From Agathobacter sp. (GTDB lineage Bacteria; Bacillota; Clostridia; Lachnospirales; Lachnospiraceae), in NCBI GenBank assembly GCA_022772675.1, contig JALEZW010000015.1, positions 4,495-68,494 on the forward strand: a DNA stretch of 64,000 nt, given 5' to 3'. Shown here piece after piece: positions 46,044 to 56,636 of this stretch. The notes under the pieces were generated by a model, which saw only the letters and a program-made list of their open reading frames with translations, was not told the DNA's origin and did not search any database. How positions within the stretch are numbered: the first letter of the stretch is position 1; each line of letters starts with the position of its first letter. A program made the translations under genes and the position numbers.

Positions 46044-48276
46044 CAGGCAATTTGCAAATGTAATTGTAGATATATCCGTAGAAAAACTAGATAAAACCTT
46101 TCAGTACCGGATTCCGGAGGAGCTGAAAAACCGGATTGAGCCGGGAGTGCAGGTGGACATCCCCTTTGGAAACCGTACAATCACCGGATATGTAGTGGAA
46201 GTTACCGGGGAACCGGAGTATGATGTGACAAAGATAAAACCGGTGATTGGAATCCACAAAGGAAGTGTTCCCATAGAGTCCCAGCTGATTTCTCTGGCGG
46301 GATGGATGAGGAAGAATTACGGTTCCACCATGAATCAGGCCTTAAAAACAGTGCTTCCTGTGCGTAAAAGCACAAAGCAGGTGGAAAAAAAACAGATCCG
46401 GCTGAAAATGAGTGAGGCGGAGGCAAGGAATAAGCTGGCATTGTTTGAGGCGAAACATTATACAGCACGGGCAAGGCTTTTAAGAGAGCTTCTGGGAGAA
46501 CATGAGCTGGATTACACATTTGTCACAAAACAGCTGAATATCTCCGTATCAACCATCCGGGGCATGGAAGAACAGGGGATTCTTGTGGTGGAGACCAGCA
46601 GACATTACAGAAATCCCATATCCCATTTAAGTCAGACTGACAGGAAGCATCCTTTGAATGAAAGCCAGAGCAGGGTTGTGGAAACAATTACCGCAGACAT
46701 TAAGGCAGGAATCTGTAAAACCTATCTGCTTCAGGGGGTGACGGGGAGTGGAAAAACAGAAGTGTATATGGAACTCATTGCCCGGACTCTGGAAAAGAAC
46801 AGACAGGCAATTGTCCTGATTCCGGAGATTGCCCTGACTTATCAGACCGTCATGCGCTTTTATAACCGGTTTGGAGATAAGGTGTCCATCATGAATTCCC
46901 GGCTTTCGCCGGGAGAGCGCTATGACCAGTTCGAGAGGGCAAAGGCAGGGGACATTGCTATTATGATAGGTCCCCGTTCAGCACTGTTTACTCCGTTTTC
47001 AAGGCTCGGACTTATCATTATTGACGAGGAACATGAGAACTCCTATAAAAGTGAGACTGCGCCTCGTTATCACGCAAGAGATGTGGCAGTCATGCGGGCA
47101 AAAATGAATAATGCCTCTGTGGTTCTTGGATCGGCCACCCCGTCGGTGGACAGTTACTATCAGGCAATGCAGGGAAATTACACGCTGCTTAAAATGACGG
47201 AGCGTGTGGAACATAAGCCGCTTCCTCAGTGTGAGATCATTGACATGAGGCAGGAACTGAAAAGGGGAAACCGTTCTATTTTCTCCCTTCGGCTGCAGGA
47301 ACTTATGGAGGACCGGTTAAGTAAACACCAGCAGATTATGCTTTTTTTAAATCGGAGAGGAATTTCCGGATTTATTTCATGCAGATCCTGCGGAAATGTG
47401 TTACAATGTCCCCATTGCGATGTGTCACTCAGCCAGCATGAGGGTGGAAGGATGGTCTGTCATTACTGTGGCTACGAGGAACCCCTTCCAAAAGTGTGCC
47501 CCTCCTGTGGAAGTCCCTTTCTGGGTGCCTTTAAGGCCGGAACCCAGAAAATTGAACAGATGGTAAAGAAACGGTTTCCCGGGGCAAGGGTCATGCGTAT
47601 GGACTACGATACCACCAGGACGAAGGATTCCTATGAAAAAATCCTAAAAACCTTTGCAAATCAGGAGGCGGATATTTTAATCGGTACCCAGATGATCGTG
47701 AAGGGACATGATTTCCCCAACGTGACACTTGTGGGAGTTCTTGCCGCAGATATGTCTTTGCATGTGCCGGATTTTCATGCGGCGGAGCGGACCTTTCAGC
47801 TTCTGACACAGGCGGTGGGCCGTGCCGGCAGGGGCAGGGAAGAGGGATATGCCGTGATTCAGACCTATGATCCGGAGCATTTTGCGGTACAGACTGCAAA
47901 AGATCAGGACTATGAGGCCTTTTACCGGCAGGAGATTATGTACAGGACCATGCTTTCCTATCCGCCGGTCTGGAATCTTCTGCTGGTGCAGTGCCAGGGA
48001 GAAAAGGAAGATGAAGTGGCTCTGGCAGCAGAGAAAATGTCACAGTTTCTAAAAATGCAGATCGCGGTAATCGAAAAGTCCGTGATGCTGGTGGGACCGG
48101 CAGACGCATCCATCGCAAAAATCAGTGATGTCTATCGGAAAGTCATTTATATGAAAACGAAAGAATATGGGACACTGGTTGCGTTAAAGGATAAAATGGA
48201 ACATGTAGTAAAAGATGACGGAGCCTTTTCCAATGTATCCGTTCAGTATGATTTTAACCCCACAAGCGGGTTTTAG
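46009..48276 (+). CDS. priA: primosomal protein N' (PriA helicase)
   Basis: FANVIVDISVEKLDKTFQYRIP N-terminus, Walker A GVTGSGKT, DEEH, and the Cys-rich region CRSCG..CPHC..CHYCG..CPSCG. The start is uncertain: a GTG at 46027 is an alternative. Confidence 0.9.
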   Translation: MRGWLTVCYRSNRQFANVIVDISVEKLDKTFQYRIPEELKNRIEPGVQVDIPFGNRTITGYVVEVTGEPEYDVTKIKPVIGIHKGSVPIESQLISLAGWMRKNYGSTMNQALKTVLPVRKSTKQVEKKQIRLKMSEAEARNKLALFEAKHYTARARLLRELLGEHELDYTFVTKQLNISVSTIRGMEEQGILVVETSRHYRNPISHLSQTDRKHPLNESQSRVVETITADIKAGICKTYLLQGVTGSGKTEVYMELIARTLEKNRQAIVLIPEIALTYQTVMRFYNRFGDKVSIMNSRLSPGERYDQFERAKAGDIAIMIGPRSALFTPFSRLGLIIIDEEHENSYKSETAPRYHARDVAVMRAKMNNASVVLGSATPSVDSYYQAMQGNYTLLKMTERVEHKPLPQCEIIDMRQELKRGNRSIFSLRLQELMEDRLSKHQQIMLFLNRRGISGFISCRSCGNVLQCPHCDVSLSQHEGGRMVCHYCGYEEPLPKVCPSCGSPFLGAFKAGTQKIEQMVKKRFPGARVMRMDYDTTRTKDSYEKILKTFANQEADILIGTQMIVKGHDFPNVTLVGVLAADMSLHVPDFHAAERTFQLLTQAVGRAGRGREEGYAVIQTYDPEHFAVQTAKDQDYEAFYRQEIMYRTMLSYPPVWNLLLVQCQGEKEDEVALAAEKMSQFLKMQIAVIEKSVMLVGPADASIAKISDVYRKVIYMKTKEYGTLVALKDKMEHVVKDDGAFSNVSVQYDFNPTSGF

Positions 48277-48285
48277 GAGGTAATT

Positions 48286-48768
48286 ATGGCACTCAGAACA
48301 ATTCGAATTCAGGGAGACCCGGTACTTACAAAGGTATGCAGACCAATTCCGGAGGTGACGGAGCGAATCCGCATTCTGGTAGAAGATATGTTAGAAACCA
48401 TGTATGAGGCAAATGGGGTGGGGCTTGCAGCACCACAGGTGGGAATCTTAAAACGTCTGGTTGTGATTGATATTGGAGACGGTCAGGGACCGTTTATTAT
48501 GATCAATCCGGAAATTGTAGAGAGCTCCGGAGAGCAGACCGGGGATGAGGGATGCTTAAGTCTTCCGGGAAAGGCCGGGACGGTGACAAGACCGAATTAT
48601 GTGAAGGCAAAATATTATGATCTGGATATGAATGAGTGCGAGGTGGTGGGAGAGGAACTGTTAGCCCGTGCCATCTGCCATGAGCTGGATCATCTGGATG
48701 GCCATATGTATGTGGAACTGGTGGAAGATGGCCTTCACGATGTGACGTATGAGGAGAGTGAAGAGTAA
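48286..48768 (+). CDS. def: peptide deformylase
   Basis: Motifs GVGLAAPQ, EGCLS and HELDH. Confidence 0.95.
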   Translation: MALRTIRIQGDPVLTKVCRPIPEVTERIRILVEDMLETMYEANGVGLAAPQVGILKRLVVIDIGDGQGPFIMINPEIVESSGEQTGDEGCLSLPGKAGTVTRPNYVKAKYYDLDMNECEVVGEELLARAICHELDHLDGHMYVELVEDGLHDVTYEESEE

Positions 48769-48769
48769 A

Positions 48770-49702
48770 ATGCGAGTTGTATTTATGGGAACACCGGACT
48801 TTTCCGTTCAGATACTGGAAAAAATCATTGAGGCGGGACATGAGGTGCTTTTGGTTGTGACGCAGCCGGATAAACCGAAGGGACGGGGAAATACCATGCA
48901 GTTTCCTCCTGTAAAGGAGTGTGCGCTAGCCCATGGACTTCCTGTTTTCCAGCCGGAAAAAATCCGGGAGGATGCCAGTGTGGAATACCTGAAGAAGATA
49001 GACATGGATATTATTATCGTGGCGGCTTTCGGACAGATACTTCCCAAGAGCATACTGGATATGGGAAAATACGGCTGTATCAACGTGCATGCTTCCCTGC
49101 TGCCCAAATACCGTGGGGCAGCACCAATCCAGTGGGCAGTTATAAACGGGGATGAAATTACCGGCGTGACCACCATGCGGATGGATGTGGGAGTCGATAC
49201 CGGTGATATGATTGCAAAAAAGCAGGTAAGGATCGCGGAGGATGAGACCGGAGGAAGCCTCTTTGACAAACTGGCAGCAGCCGGAGCCCGGCTCTGTGTG
49301 GAAACTATGGACATGCTGGAAAACAATACCGCAGAATTTACCCCCCAGAACAATGATGCCAGCACCCACACTAAGATGATCACAAAAGATCTGGGGGACA
49401 TTGACTGGAGCAAAAGGGCAGTGGAAATTGAAAGACTGATCCGGGGATTAAATCCCTGGCCCAGTGCTTTTACCCATCTGAATAACAAAACTTTTAAAAT
49501 CTGGAAGGCTAAGGTTGTGGAAGCAGAGGATGGATTTGCGCCCGGAAGTGTCTGCAGGGTATCGAAAAAAGAACTGGTGGTTATGACAGGTGAAGGTGCC
49601 CTATCCCTTCTGGAAGTACAGCTGGAGGGAAAGAAGCGGATGGATATCGAGTCCTTTTTGCGGGGATGTCCTATTGAAACGGGGACCATGTTTAAGTATT
49701 AG
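48770..49702 (+). CDS. fmt: methionyl-tRNA formyltransferase
   Basis: Motifs MRVVFMGTPDFSV, HASLLPKYRGAAPI. Confidence 0.95.
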   Translation: MRVVFMGTPDFSVQILEKIIEAGHEVLLVVTQPDKPKGRGNTMQFPPVKECALAHGLPVFQPEKIREDASVEYLKKIDMDIIIVAAFGQILPKSILDMGKYGCINVHASLLPKYRGAAPIQWAVINGDEITGVTTMRMDVGVDTGDMIAKKQVRIAEDETGGSLFDKLAAAGARLCVETMDMLENNTAEFTPQNNDASTHTKMITKDLGDIDWSKRAVEIERLIRGLNPWPSAFTHLNNKTFKIWKAKVVEAEDGFAPGSVCRVSKKELVVMTGEGALSLLEVQLEGKKRMDIESFLRGCPIETGTMFKY

Positions 49703-49755
49703 ATTTTTTTGAAAGACTACTTCTAAAAAGAGGGCATGAAAAGGAGGAATGGTAT

Positions 49756-50460
49756 ATGCCATATATTTACTGGGATAGTACGTATTTTCTTGTGATTATT
49801 GGAGCTGTGATCTGTATGATCGCTTCAGCGCGGGTGAATTCTACATTTAATAAATATTCTGCGTACCGCAGTATGTCTGGAATGACCGGCGCACAGGCAG
49901 CAGAGCGGATTCTGCATGCGGCTGGCATTTACGATGTAAAAATACGCCGGGTATCCGGCAGTCTGACGGATCATTATAATCCGGCAAATAAGACCCTGAA
50001 TTTGTCCGACAGTGTCTGCAATGAGACATCGGTTGCGGCAGTGGGGGTAGCGGCACATGAGTGCGGACATGCCATCCAGCATGCGAGAGGGTATCTGCCT
50101 CTTCGGCTCCGCAGTGCATTTGTTCCAATCGCAAATTTCGGATCCATGCTTGCATGGCCGGTGATTATTATTGGACTTATCATGAACAGCAGATCTTCCA
50201 TGATGATCATAAATATTGGAATCTTTTTGTTTTCCTTTGCGGTCATCTTTCAGCTGATCACGCTTCCGGTGGAATTTGATGCGTCCCGCCGTGCCATGGT
50301 GCAGTTAAGAGAGCAGGGAATTTTAGGAGATCAGGAACTGAGGTATACGAGAAAGGTACTTTCCGCAGCAGCACTTACCTATGTGGCCAGTGCGGCAGCC
50401 GCTATTTTACAGTTACTTCGAGTTATCATACTGTTTGGAGGAAGAAACCGTGACGACTAA
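49756..50460 (+). CDS. membrane zinc metallopeptidase (putative neutral zinc metallopeptidase family)
   Basis: HECGHAIQ HExxH motif flanked by TM segments. Conserved position between fmt and rsmB. Confidence 0.8.
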   Translation: MPYIYWDSTYFLVIIGAVICMIASARVNSTFNKYSAYRSMSGMTGAQAAERILHAAGIYDVKIRRVSGSLTDHYNPANKTLNLSDSVCNETSVAAVGVAAHECGHAIQHARGYLPLRLRSAFVPIANFGSMLAWPVIIIGLIMNSRSSMMIINIGIFLFSFAVIFQLITLPVEFDASRRAMVQLREQGILGDQELRYTRKVLSAAALTYVASAAAAILQLLRVIILFGGRNRDD

Positions 50461-51736
50461 CGTCAATACGAGAGCACTTACGCTTCAGATGCTGACTGCC
50501 ATCAATGAAGAGGGGCAGTACAGTCATCTGGTACTCAGGGATGTTCTTGATAAATACCAGTATTTGAGTAAAACAGAGCGTGCCTTTCTGACACGTCTTA
50601 CAGAGGGAACCGTGGAAAAGCAGATTACCTTAGACTATGTAATCAATTCCTTTTCCAAAACACCGGTATCGAAAATGAAACCGCTCATCCGCAATCTGCT
50701 GCGAATGGGCGTTTATCAGATTATGTATATGGATGGTGTGCCGGATTCCGCTGCCATCAACGAGGCTGTCAAACTGGCAAAAAAGCGGGGATTTTCCGGC
50801 CTATCCGGCTTTGTAAACGGGGTGCTCCGCAGTGTGGCAAGGGGATGGAAAAATATTTCATTTCCGGATCTGAGTACCCGTTTTTCTGTGCCGGAATGGA
50901 TTGTGGACGAGTGGATCCGGGATTACGGAAAAGAGAAGACAGAACAGATTGTTGAGGCAGTTTCCACGGAAAAAGATATCACCATACGTACCAATTTAAA
51001 GCTGTGTGCGCCACAGGAATTGAAACAGCGGCTGGAAAGTGAGGGGGTAAGGGTAAAACCGGTACCACAGCTTGCCTATGCCTTTTCTATTTCCGGGTTT
51101 GACTATCTGGCAGGGCTTTTGAGTTTTCAGGAAGGGCTGTTTTATGTGCAGGACGTAAGTTCCATGATGGTTGCAGAGACGGCAGCTCCCAAAGAGGGGG
51201 ATTATGTGATAGATGTCTGCGGGGCACCGGGGGGAAAAAGCACCCATATTGCGGAGATGATGAAAGATACCGGTATGGTGGAATCCCGTGATCTGACAGA
51301 ATACAAAACAGGCCTGATTGAGGAAAACCGACTGCGCCACGGGCTTACCAATATGAAAGCGGTGCAGATGGATGCCACGGTTTATGACAGCAGTTCCCAT
51401 CACAAAGCGGATATTCTGGTCTGTGACCTTCCCTGCTCCGGTCTTGGGGTGATAGGAAAAAAGACAGATATCCGCTATAAAATGACTGCAGAAAAGGCAG
51501 AAGAACTGGTAAAACTCCAGCGTAGGATTCTGGATACGGTCTGTGATTATGTAAGGCCCAAAGGCACCATGATTTACAGCACCTGCACGATCCGACGGGC
51601 GGAGAATGAGGATAATATGGAATGGTTTGTAAAGGAGCATCCGGAGTTTTCTCTTATATCAGAGCAGCAAATGCTGCCGGGGGATGTGGGAACGGACGGT
51701 TTTTTTATTGCAAAGCTGTTAAGGAGTGAAGAATGA
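50450..51736 (+). CDS. rsmB: 16S rRNA (cytosine967-C5)-methyltransferase
   Basis: NusB-like N-domain, a SAM site DVCGAPGGK, and catalytic DLPCSG and YSTCT. The GTG at 50450 follows GGAGG. Confidence 0.85.
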   Translation: MTTNVNTRALTLQMLTAINEEGQYSHLVLRDVLDKYQYLSKTERAFLTRLTEGTVEKQITLDYVINSFSKTPVSKMKPLIRNLLRMGVYQIMYMDGVPDSAAINEAVKLAKKRGFSGLSGFVNGVLRSVARGWKNISFPDLSTRFSVPEWIVDEWIRDYGKEKTEQIVEAVSTEKDITIRTNLKLCAPQELKQRLESEGVRVKPVPQLAYAFSISGFDYLAGLLSFQEGLFYVQDVSSMMVAETAAPKEGDYVIDVCGAPGGKSTHIAEMMKDTGMVESRDLTEYKTGLIEENRLRHGLTNMKAVQMDATVYDSSSHHKADILVCDLPCSGLGVIGKKTDIRYKMTAEKAEELVKLQRRILDTVCDYVRPKGTMIYSTCTIRRAENEDNMEWFVKEHPEFSLISEQQMLPGDVGTDGFFIAKLLRSEE

Positions 51737-52776
51737 GCGAAAAAACAGATATCAAATCCATGAATCTGGAAACACTGACGAAGTTTCTGACGGATATGGG
51801 AGAGAAGAAGTTCCGGGCAAAACAGATTTATGAGTGGCTTCATCTCAGACAGGTGGAAAGCTTTGAGGAGATGACTAATCTTTCTAAAACATTACGGGAA
51901 CAGCTGGATAAAAAGTGCCGTATCGTATCCCTGAAAAAAGAACAGGTTCAGATTTCAAAAATTGATGGCACAAGAAAATATCTGTTTCTTCTGGAGGATG
52001 GAAATGTCATTGAGAGTGTACTGATGAAATATAAGCATGGAAATTCCGTCTGCATTTCCTCGCAGGTAGGCTGCCGCATGGGCTGCCGGTTCTGTGCCTC
52101 CACGCTGGATGGATTGGAGCGTGGTCTTACCCCTTCTGAGATGCTGGATCAGATTTATCAGATTGGAAAGGATATCGGGGAGCGGATTTCCAATGTTGTT
52201 GTGATGGGAACCGGAGAACCCCTTGACAATTATGACAATCTTCTTAAATTCATAGAACTTTTGACAGATGAAAACGGACTGCACATAAGCCAGAGAAATC
52301 TGACGGTTTCCACCTGCGGAATCGTACCCCGCATCCGGGAACTGGCCGATCAAAAGCTTTCCATTACCCTGGCCCTTTCCCTGCATGCCTCCAGCCAGAA
52401 AAAACGTCTGGAGCTGATGCCGGTGGCAAATAAGTACGAGATTCATGAGGTAATCGATGCCTGCCGGTATTATTTTGAGAAGACCGGACGGCGGGTTACC
52501 TTTGAATACAGTCTGGTGGGCGGGGTGAACGATTCTGACCGGGATGCAAAGGAACTGACAGACCTGATTCACGATATGAACTGTCATGTGAATCTGATTC
52601 CCGTGAATCCAATCAAAGAGAGAGATTATGTGCAGTCCAATGCAGAAGTGATTGAAGCCTTTAAAGAAAAGCTGGAAAGAAACGGGATTACGGTCACTGT
52701 ACGAAGAGAGCTGGGAAGGGATATTGATGGGGCGTGCGGACAGCTGAGGCGGAAGTATAAAGAGAACCGGATGTAA
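51733..52776 (+). CDS. rlmN: 23S rRNA (adenine2503-C2)-methyltransferase (radical SAM)
   Basis: Radical SAM motif CRMGCRFC and C-terminal GACGQL. Confidence 0.95.
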   Translation: MSEKTDIKSMNLETLTKFLTDMGEKKFRAKQIYEWLHLRQVESFEEMTNLSKTLREQLDKKCRIVSLKKEQVQISKIDGTRKYLFLLEDGNVIESVLMKYKHGNSVCISSQVGCRMGCRFCASTLDGLERGLTPSEMLDQIYQIGKDIGERISNVVVMGTGEPLDNYDNLLKFIELLTDENGLHISQRNLTVSTCGIVPRIRELADQKLSITLALSLHASSQKKRLELMPVANKYEIHEVIDACRYYFEKTGRRVTFEYSLVGGVNDSDRDAKELTDLIHDMNCHVNLIPVNPIKERDYVQSNAEVIEAFKEKLERNGITVTVRRELGRDIDGACGQLRRKYKENRM

Positions 52777-52888
52777 ATATGTACCGGAACAGTAACCCAA
52801 TTTTACTTGCATATCAATAATTCATGTGCTAAGATAGATAGACGATGGAATAGTATGTTTACATGTTATAAGAGAAAGGATAAAACGG

Positions 52889-53605
52889 ATGAAGACGTAT
52901 TCCATAACGGATACAGGCATCCTTCGCGAAATGAATCAGGATTATTTTTTCGCATCGGATGAGCCCGTTGGAAATCTCCCGAATCTGTATATTGTTGCAG
53001 ACGGTATGGGGGGACATAAAGCAGGAGATTACGCATCTCGTTATACTACGCAGCGTATTGTTGCATCCGTGTCAAGAAACCCGGGGGATGAACCTGTTAC
53101 AATTTTAAAAGAAGCTATTGAGACGGCAAATAAGCTTTTAATCACGGAGTCAGCAGAGGATGAATCCAAGCGTGGTATGGGAACCACACTGGTTGCTGCT
53201 ACCGTAATTGGGAGACACCTGGTTGTGGCAAATATTGGGGACAGTCGGCTTTATATCATTAACAGGGATATCCGCCAGATTACAAGAGATCATTCGCTGG
53301 TTGCAGAAATGGTCCGGATAGGGGAGGTTCCGGTCTCCGAGGCAAGGAAGCATCCGGATAAGAACATTATCACACGGGCTATTGGCGCAGGAGATGATGT
53401 GGATGCAGATTTCTTCGAAGTGGATTTAAACGAGGGTGATCGGATTCTGATCTGTACGGATGGACTTACCAATATGGTGGAGGATCAGGATATCCGTGAT
53501 ATTGTATTACAGAATATTCCATTGGAAGAAAGAGTAGAACTTTTGGTAAGGACTGCGAACCGTAATGGAGGAAAAGACAACATTACAGTAATGATGATAG
53601 AATAA
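52889..53605 (+). CDS. stp: PP2C-family Ser/Thr phosphatase (Stp/PrpC)
   Basis: Motifs VADGMGGH, GTTLV, CTDGL and DNITV. Confidence 0.9.
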   Translation: MKTYSITDTGILREMNQDYFFASDEPVGNLPNLYIVADGMGGHKAGDYASRYTTQRIVASVSRNPGDEPVTILKEAIETANKLLITESAEDESKRGMGTTLVAATVIGRHLVVANIGDSRLYIINRDIRQITRDHSLVAEMVRIGEVPVSEARKHPDKNIITRAIGAGDDVDADFFEVDLNEGDRILICTDGLTNMVEDQDIRDIVLQNIPLEERVELLVRTANRNGGKDNITVMMIE

Positions 53606-53653
53606 ATTCCATAAATACAGATAGTAAGAACATTTTCTTGATGAGGTGAAAGA

Positions 53654-55741
53654 ATGTTAACAGTTGGTACGTATTTGTCAGACCGATATGAGATTGTAAG
53701 TAAAATCGGAGCGGGCGGAATGTCAGATGTCTATAAGGCAAAGGATCACATTCTCGGTCGTTTCGTTGCGATAAAAGTTTTAAAACCGGAATATTCCGAG
53801 GACCGCAGTTTTGTGGCAAAATTCCGTACAGAGGCCCAGTCTGCAGCAGGACTGGAGCATCCGAATATTGTAAATATTTATGATGTTGGAAGTGAAGAAG
53901 GGCTCCACTATATTGTGATGGAATATGTGGAGGGAATTACCCTGAAAACATATATTGAGAAGAAAGGACAGCTTTCCTTTAAGGAGGCTGTCAGCATTGC
54001 CATTCAGGTGGCACGGGGGATTGAGGCTGCACATAATAAGCAGATTATCCATCGGGATATCAAGCCCCAGAACATTATTATATCCACTGAGGGGAAAGTA
54101 AAAGTAACTGATTTCGGTATTGCAAGGGCAGCATCTTCCAATACCGTAAGTTCGGATGTTATGGGGTCCGTACATTATTCCTCGCCGGAACAGGCAAGAA
54201 ATGGTTTTGTGGACGGACGGAGTGATATTTATTCCCTGGGTATTGTCATGTATGAGATGGTTACGGGACGGGTACCTTTTGATGGGGATACCACGGTTGC
54301 AGTAGCCATTCAGCATCTGCAGGAGGAGATGACACCCCCCAGCGTCTATGCAAAGAATCTTCCCATCAGTATGGAGAAGATTATCTTAAAATGTACGCAG
54401 AAGAATCCGGACCGCAGATATCAGACCATTGGGGATTTATTGGCGGATCTTAGAAAATCCCTTGTCAGCCCGGATGAAGATTTTGTTGTGATTGCACCAC
54501 TTGTGGATAATGGGAAAACAAAGGTGATCAGCAGCGAGGAGATAAGGCAGATTAAAGAGCATAGCAGTAATCCACAGGAGGAACCGGTCGGACAGGAATT
54601 TACAAATGCAGAAAACGACGAGGAAGAGGACGATGACGAGGACAGCGATGGCTTAAGCCCGAAAATGGATAAGGCAGTAACGATTATGGGCATTGTGGTT
54701 GCTGTAGTGATCTTTATTGTAATTATTTACGTGATTGGAAGTATTTGTGGTCTGTTCCGGTTTGGAAGCAAACAGCCGGATGCCTCAGAAACACAGACCC
54801 AGACAGAAACAGAGACTGAATCTGAAAGTGAAAATCAGATGGTTGTAGTCAAGAATGTATGTGGAGATCTGCAGGAGGATGCACAGGCAACTCTTGAGTC
54901 CCAGGGACTTTATATGTTTGTCATTCAGGAGCAGAAGTCCGACCAGCCGGCAGGAACCGTTTTGGATCAGGATCCGGCAGCAGGTACCTCAGTAGAACAG
55001 TCAACTACGGTAAATGTTATTATTGCAGGAACCGAGAATGTTAATTTCGCTGATTCAGAGAAGCCGGAGGAAAACGATAAGGTACCGGTGCCAAATGTGG
55101 TAGGAAAGCTGGAAAAGGATGCCTCTTCTGTTTTGGCAGCGGCAGGATTTAAAGTTAATAAGACCTATCAGTACGATGATTCCGTAGAGGCCGGAAAAGT
55201 TATTTCCCAGTCTCCGAACGGCGGAGAGGCAGAAAAAGGAAGTACGGTTACCCTGGTTATCAGTCAGGGGAAGAAATCGGTTACCGTACCAAAAGTGACA
55301 GGATATTCCAAGAAGGATGCATCTGCTGCGCTTCAGGGTGCAGGACTTAAGGTGAATATTACAGAGGCATATGATGATGCGGTGGAAGCCGGTCTGGTAA
55401 TCAGCCAGAGTGTCTCCGCAGGAAAAATCGTTCCGGCAGATACGACAGTTACCATTACCGTCAGTCTGGGGCAGGAAGAAAAAAGCTATAGCTTTTCCAA
55501 GACATACGCTGCACCTGAGAATGCGGTCAGTGTAACCTACACACTGGTGGGCAGCGATGGTGTGACCTATACCAGCAGTTCAGAGGATGTAAGCGGCTCT
55601 GTAACTATCAGTGCCAGTGATATGGAATGTTCTTCCGGCAAGGTTTCCATTACCTGGACGATTGAGACCATTGACGAGGAGGGCTTATCCGATACATCCA
55701 CCAAGACGGAAACACATTCCGTTAAGTTTACACAACAGTAG
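53654..55741 (+). CDS. prkC: Ser/Thr protein kinase with PASTA repeats (PrkC)
   Basis: Hanks kinase motifs (GAGGMSDVY, HRDIKPQN, DFG), a TM segment, and three PASTA-like repeats (V.VP.V.G) plus a C-terminal extension. Confidence 0.9.
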   Translation: MLTVGTYLSDRYEIVSKIGAGGMSDVYKAKDHILGRFVAIKVLKPEYSEDRSFVAKFRTEAQSAAGLEHPNIVNIYDVGSEEGLHYIVMEYVEGITLKTYIEKKGQLSFKEAVSIAIQVARGIEAAHNKQIIHRDIKPQNIIISTEGKVKVTDFGIARAASSNTVSSDVMGSVHYSSPEQARNGFVDGRSDIYSLGIVMYEMVTGRVPFDGDTTVAVAIQHLQEEMTPPSVYAKNLPISMEKIILKCTQKNPDRRYQTIGDLLADLRKSLVSPDEDFVVIAPLVDNGKTKVISSEEIRQIKEHSSNPQEEPVGQEFTNAENDEEEDDDEDSDGLSPKMDKAVTIMGIVVAVVIFIVIIYVIGSICGLFRFGSKQPDASETQTQTETETESESENQMVVVKNVCGDLQEDAQATLESQGLYMFVIQEQKSDQPAGTVLDQDPAAGTSVEQSTTVNVIIAGTENVNFADSEKPEENDKVPVPNVVGKLEKDASSVLAAAGFKVNKTYQYDDSVEAGKVISQSPNGGEAEKGSTVTLVISQGKKSVTVPKVTGYSKKDASAALQGAGLKVNITEAYDDAVEAGLVISQSVSAGKIVPADTTVTITVSLGQEEKSYSFSKTYAAPENAVSVTYTLVGSDGVTYTSSSEDVSGSVTISASDMECSSGKVSITWTIETIDEEGLSDTSTKTETHSVKFTQQ

Positions 55742-55748
55742 GCTGTCT

Positions 55749-56627
55749 ATGAGAGGAAAGATCGTCAAAGGAATTTCCGGTTTCTACTACGTTTACGTGG
55801 CGGGAACCGGAATTTATGAATGTAAGGCAAAGGGAATATTCAGAAAGCAGAAAGTAAAACCGCTGGTTGGTGATGATGTGGAGATTGCTGTGGTTGACAA
55901 AGAGCAGCGGATCGGCAATGTGGAGAAACTTTTACCGCGGAAAAAGGAACTGGTTCGACCGGCAGTTGCGAATATTGATATGGCACTTGTGATTTTTGCT
56001 GCAGCAAAACCGGATCCGAATTTTAATCTGCTGGATCGGTTTTTATGTATGATGGAGTATCAGAGTGTCCCTGTTACCATCTGTTTTAATAAATGTGATC
56101 TGATTACGGAAGAGGAAAGAAAAGTTTTACGTGCAATCTATGAGCCCGCCGGCTATGAGCTGTTATTTACCAGTGCAAAGGCGGGAGAAAATATTGATTT
56201 GCTCAAGGAGCTGCTCCGGGGAAAGATGACAGCTGTGGCAGGACCATCGGGAGTGGGAAAATCCTCACTTATCAATACTTTGCAGGATTCGGTCCACATG
56301 GAGACAGGAGTGATCAGCGATAAAATTGAGCGGGGGAAGCATACGACCCGCCATTCCCAGATTATTCCGGTGGCAGAGGATACTTTTATTATGGATACTC
56401 CGGGTTTTAGTTCCATGGATCTTCCGGGATTTGAGAAGGAGGATCTCAGGACCTGTTATCCGGAGTTTAGGGAATACGAACCCAATTGCAGATTTATCGG
56501 CTGCAGTCATATCGGGGAACCGGATTGTGGAGTAAAGGATGCAATCGCGGAGGGAAAAATCAGCAAGGTACGTTATGATAATTATGTGCAGCTCTATAAC
56601 GAAATGAAAGGCATGCGTAAATATTAG
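55749..56627 (+). CDS. rsgA: ribosome small-subunit-dependent GTPase A
   Basis: OB domain MRGKIVKGISGFYYV, circularly permuted GTPase motifs (NKCDL, GPSGVGKSS), and a Zn site CRFIGCSH..EPDC. Confidence 0.9.
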   Translation: MRGKIVKGISGFYYVYVAGTGIYECKAKGIFRKQKVKPLVGDDVEIAVVDKEQRIGNVEKLLPRKKELVRPAVANIDMALVIFAAAKPDPNFNLLDRFLCMMEYQSVPVTICFNKCDLITEEERKVLRAIYEPAGYELLFTSAKAGENIDLLKELLRGKMTAVAGPSGVGKSSLINTLQDSVHMETGVISDKIERGKHTTRHSQIIPVAEDTFIMDTPGFSSMDLPGFEKEDLRTCYPEFREYEPNCRFIGCSHIGEPDCGVKDAIAEGKISKVRYDNYVQLYNEMKGMRKY

Positions 56628-56636
56628 GAGGCGCTT

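Noticed and set aside
48808-49689. 293-aa minus-strand ORF
   Set aside because: It is completely embedded antisense to fmt. It has a Ser/Pro/Ala-rich low-complexity translation and no RBS, so it is a shadow ORF of a strongly supported gene. The same reasoning applies to 51955-52812 (antisense to rlmN), 50996-51640 (rsmB), 43946-44542 (hemC), 42260-42826 (hemA), 24136-24729 (metY), 23068-23649, 19004-19567 (metH), 16377-16925 (nifS) and 9481-9993 (ABC permeases).
54775-54840. Nucleotide repeats encoding TQTQTETETESESEN in prkC
   Set aside because: This is a low-complexity juxtamembrane linker typical of PASTA kinases, not a repeat element or a slippage-prone homopolymer.
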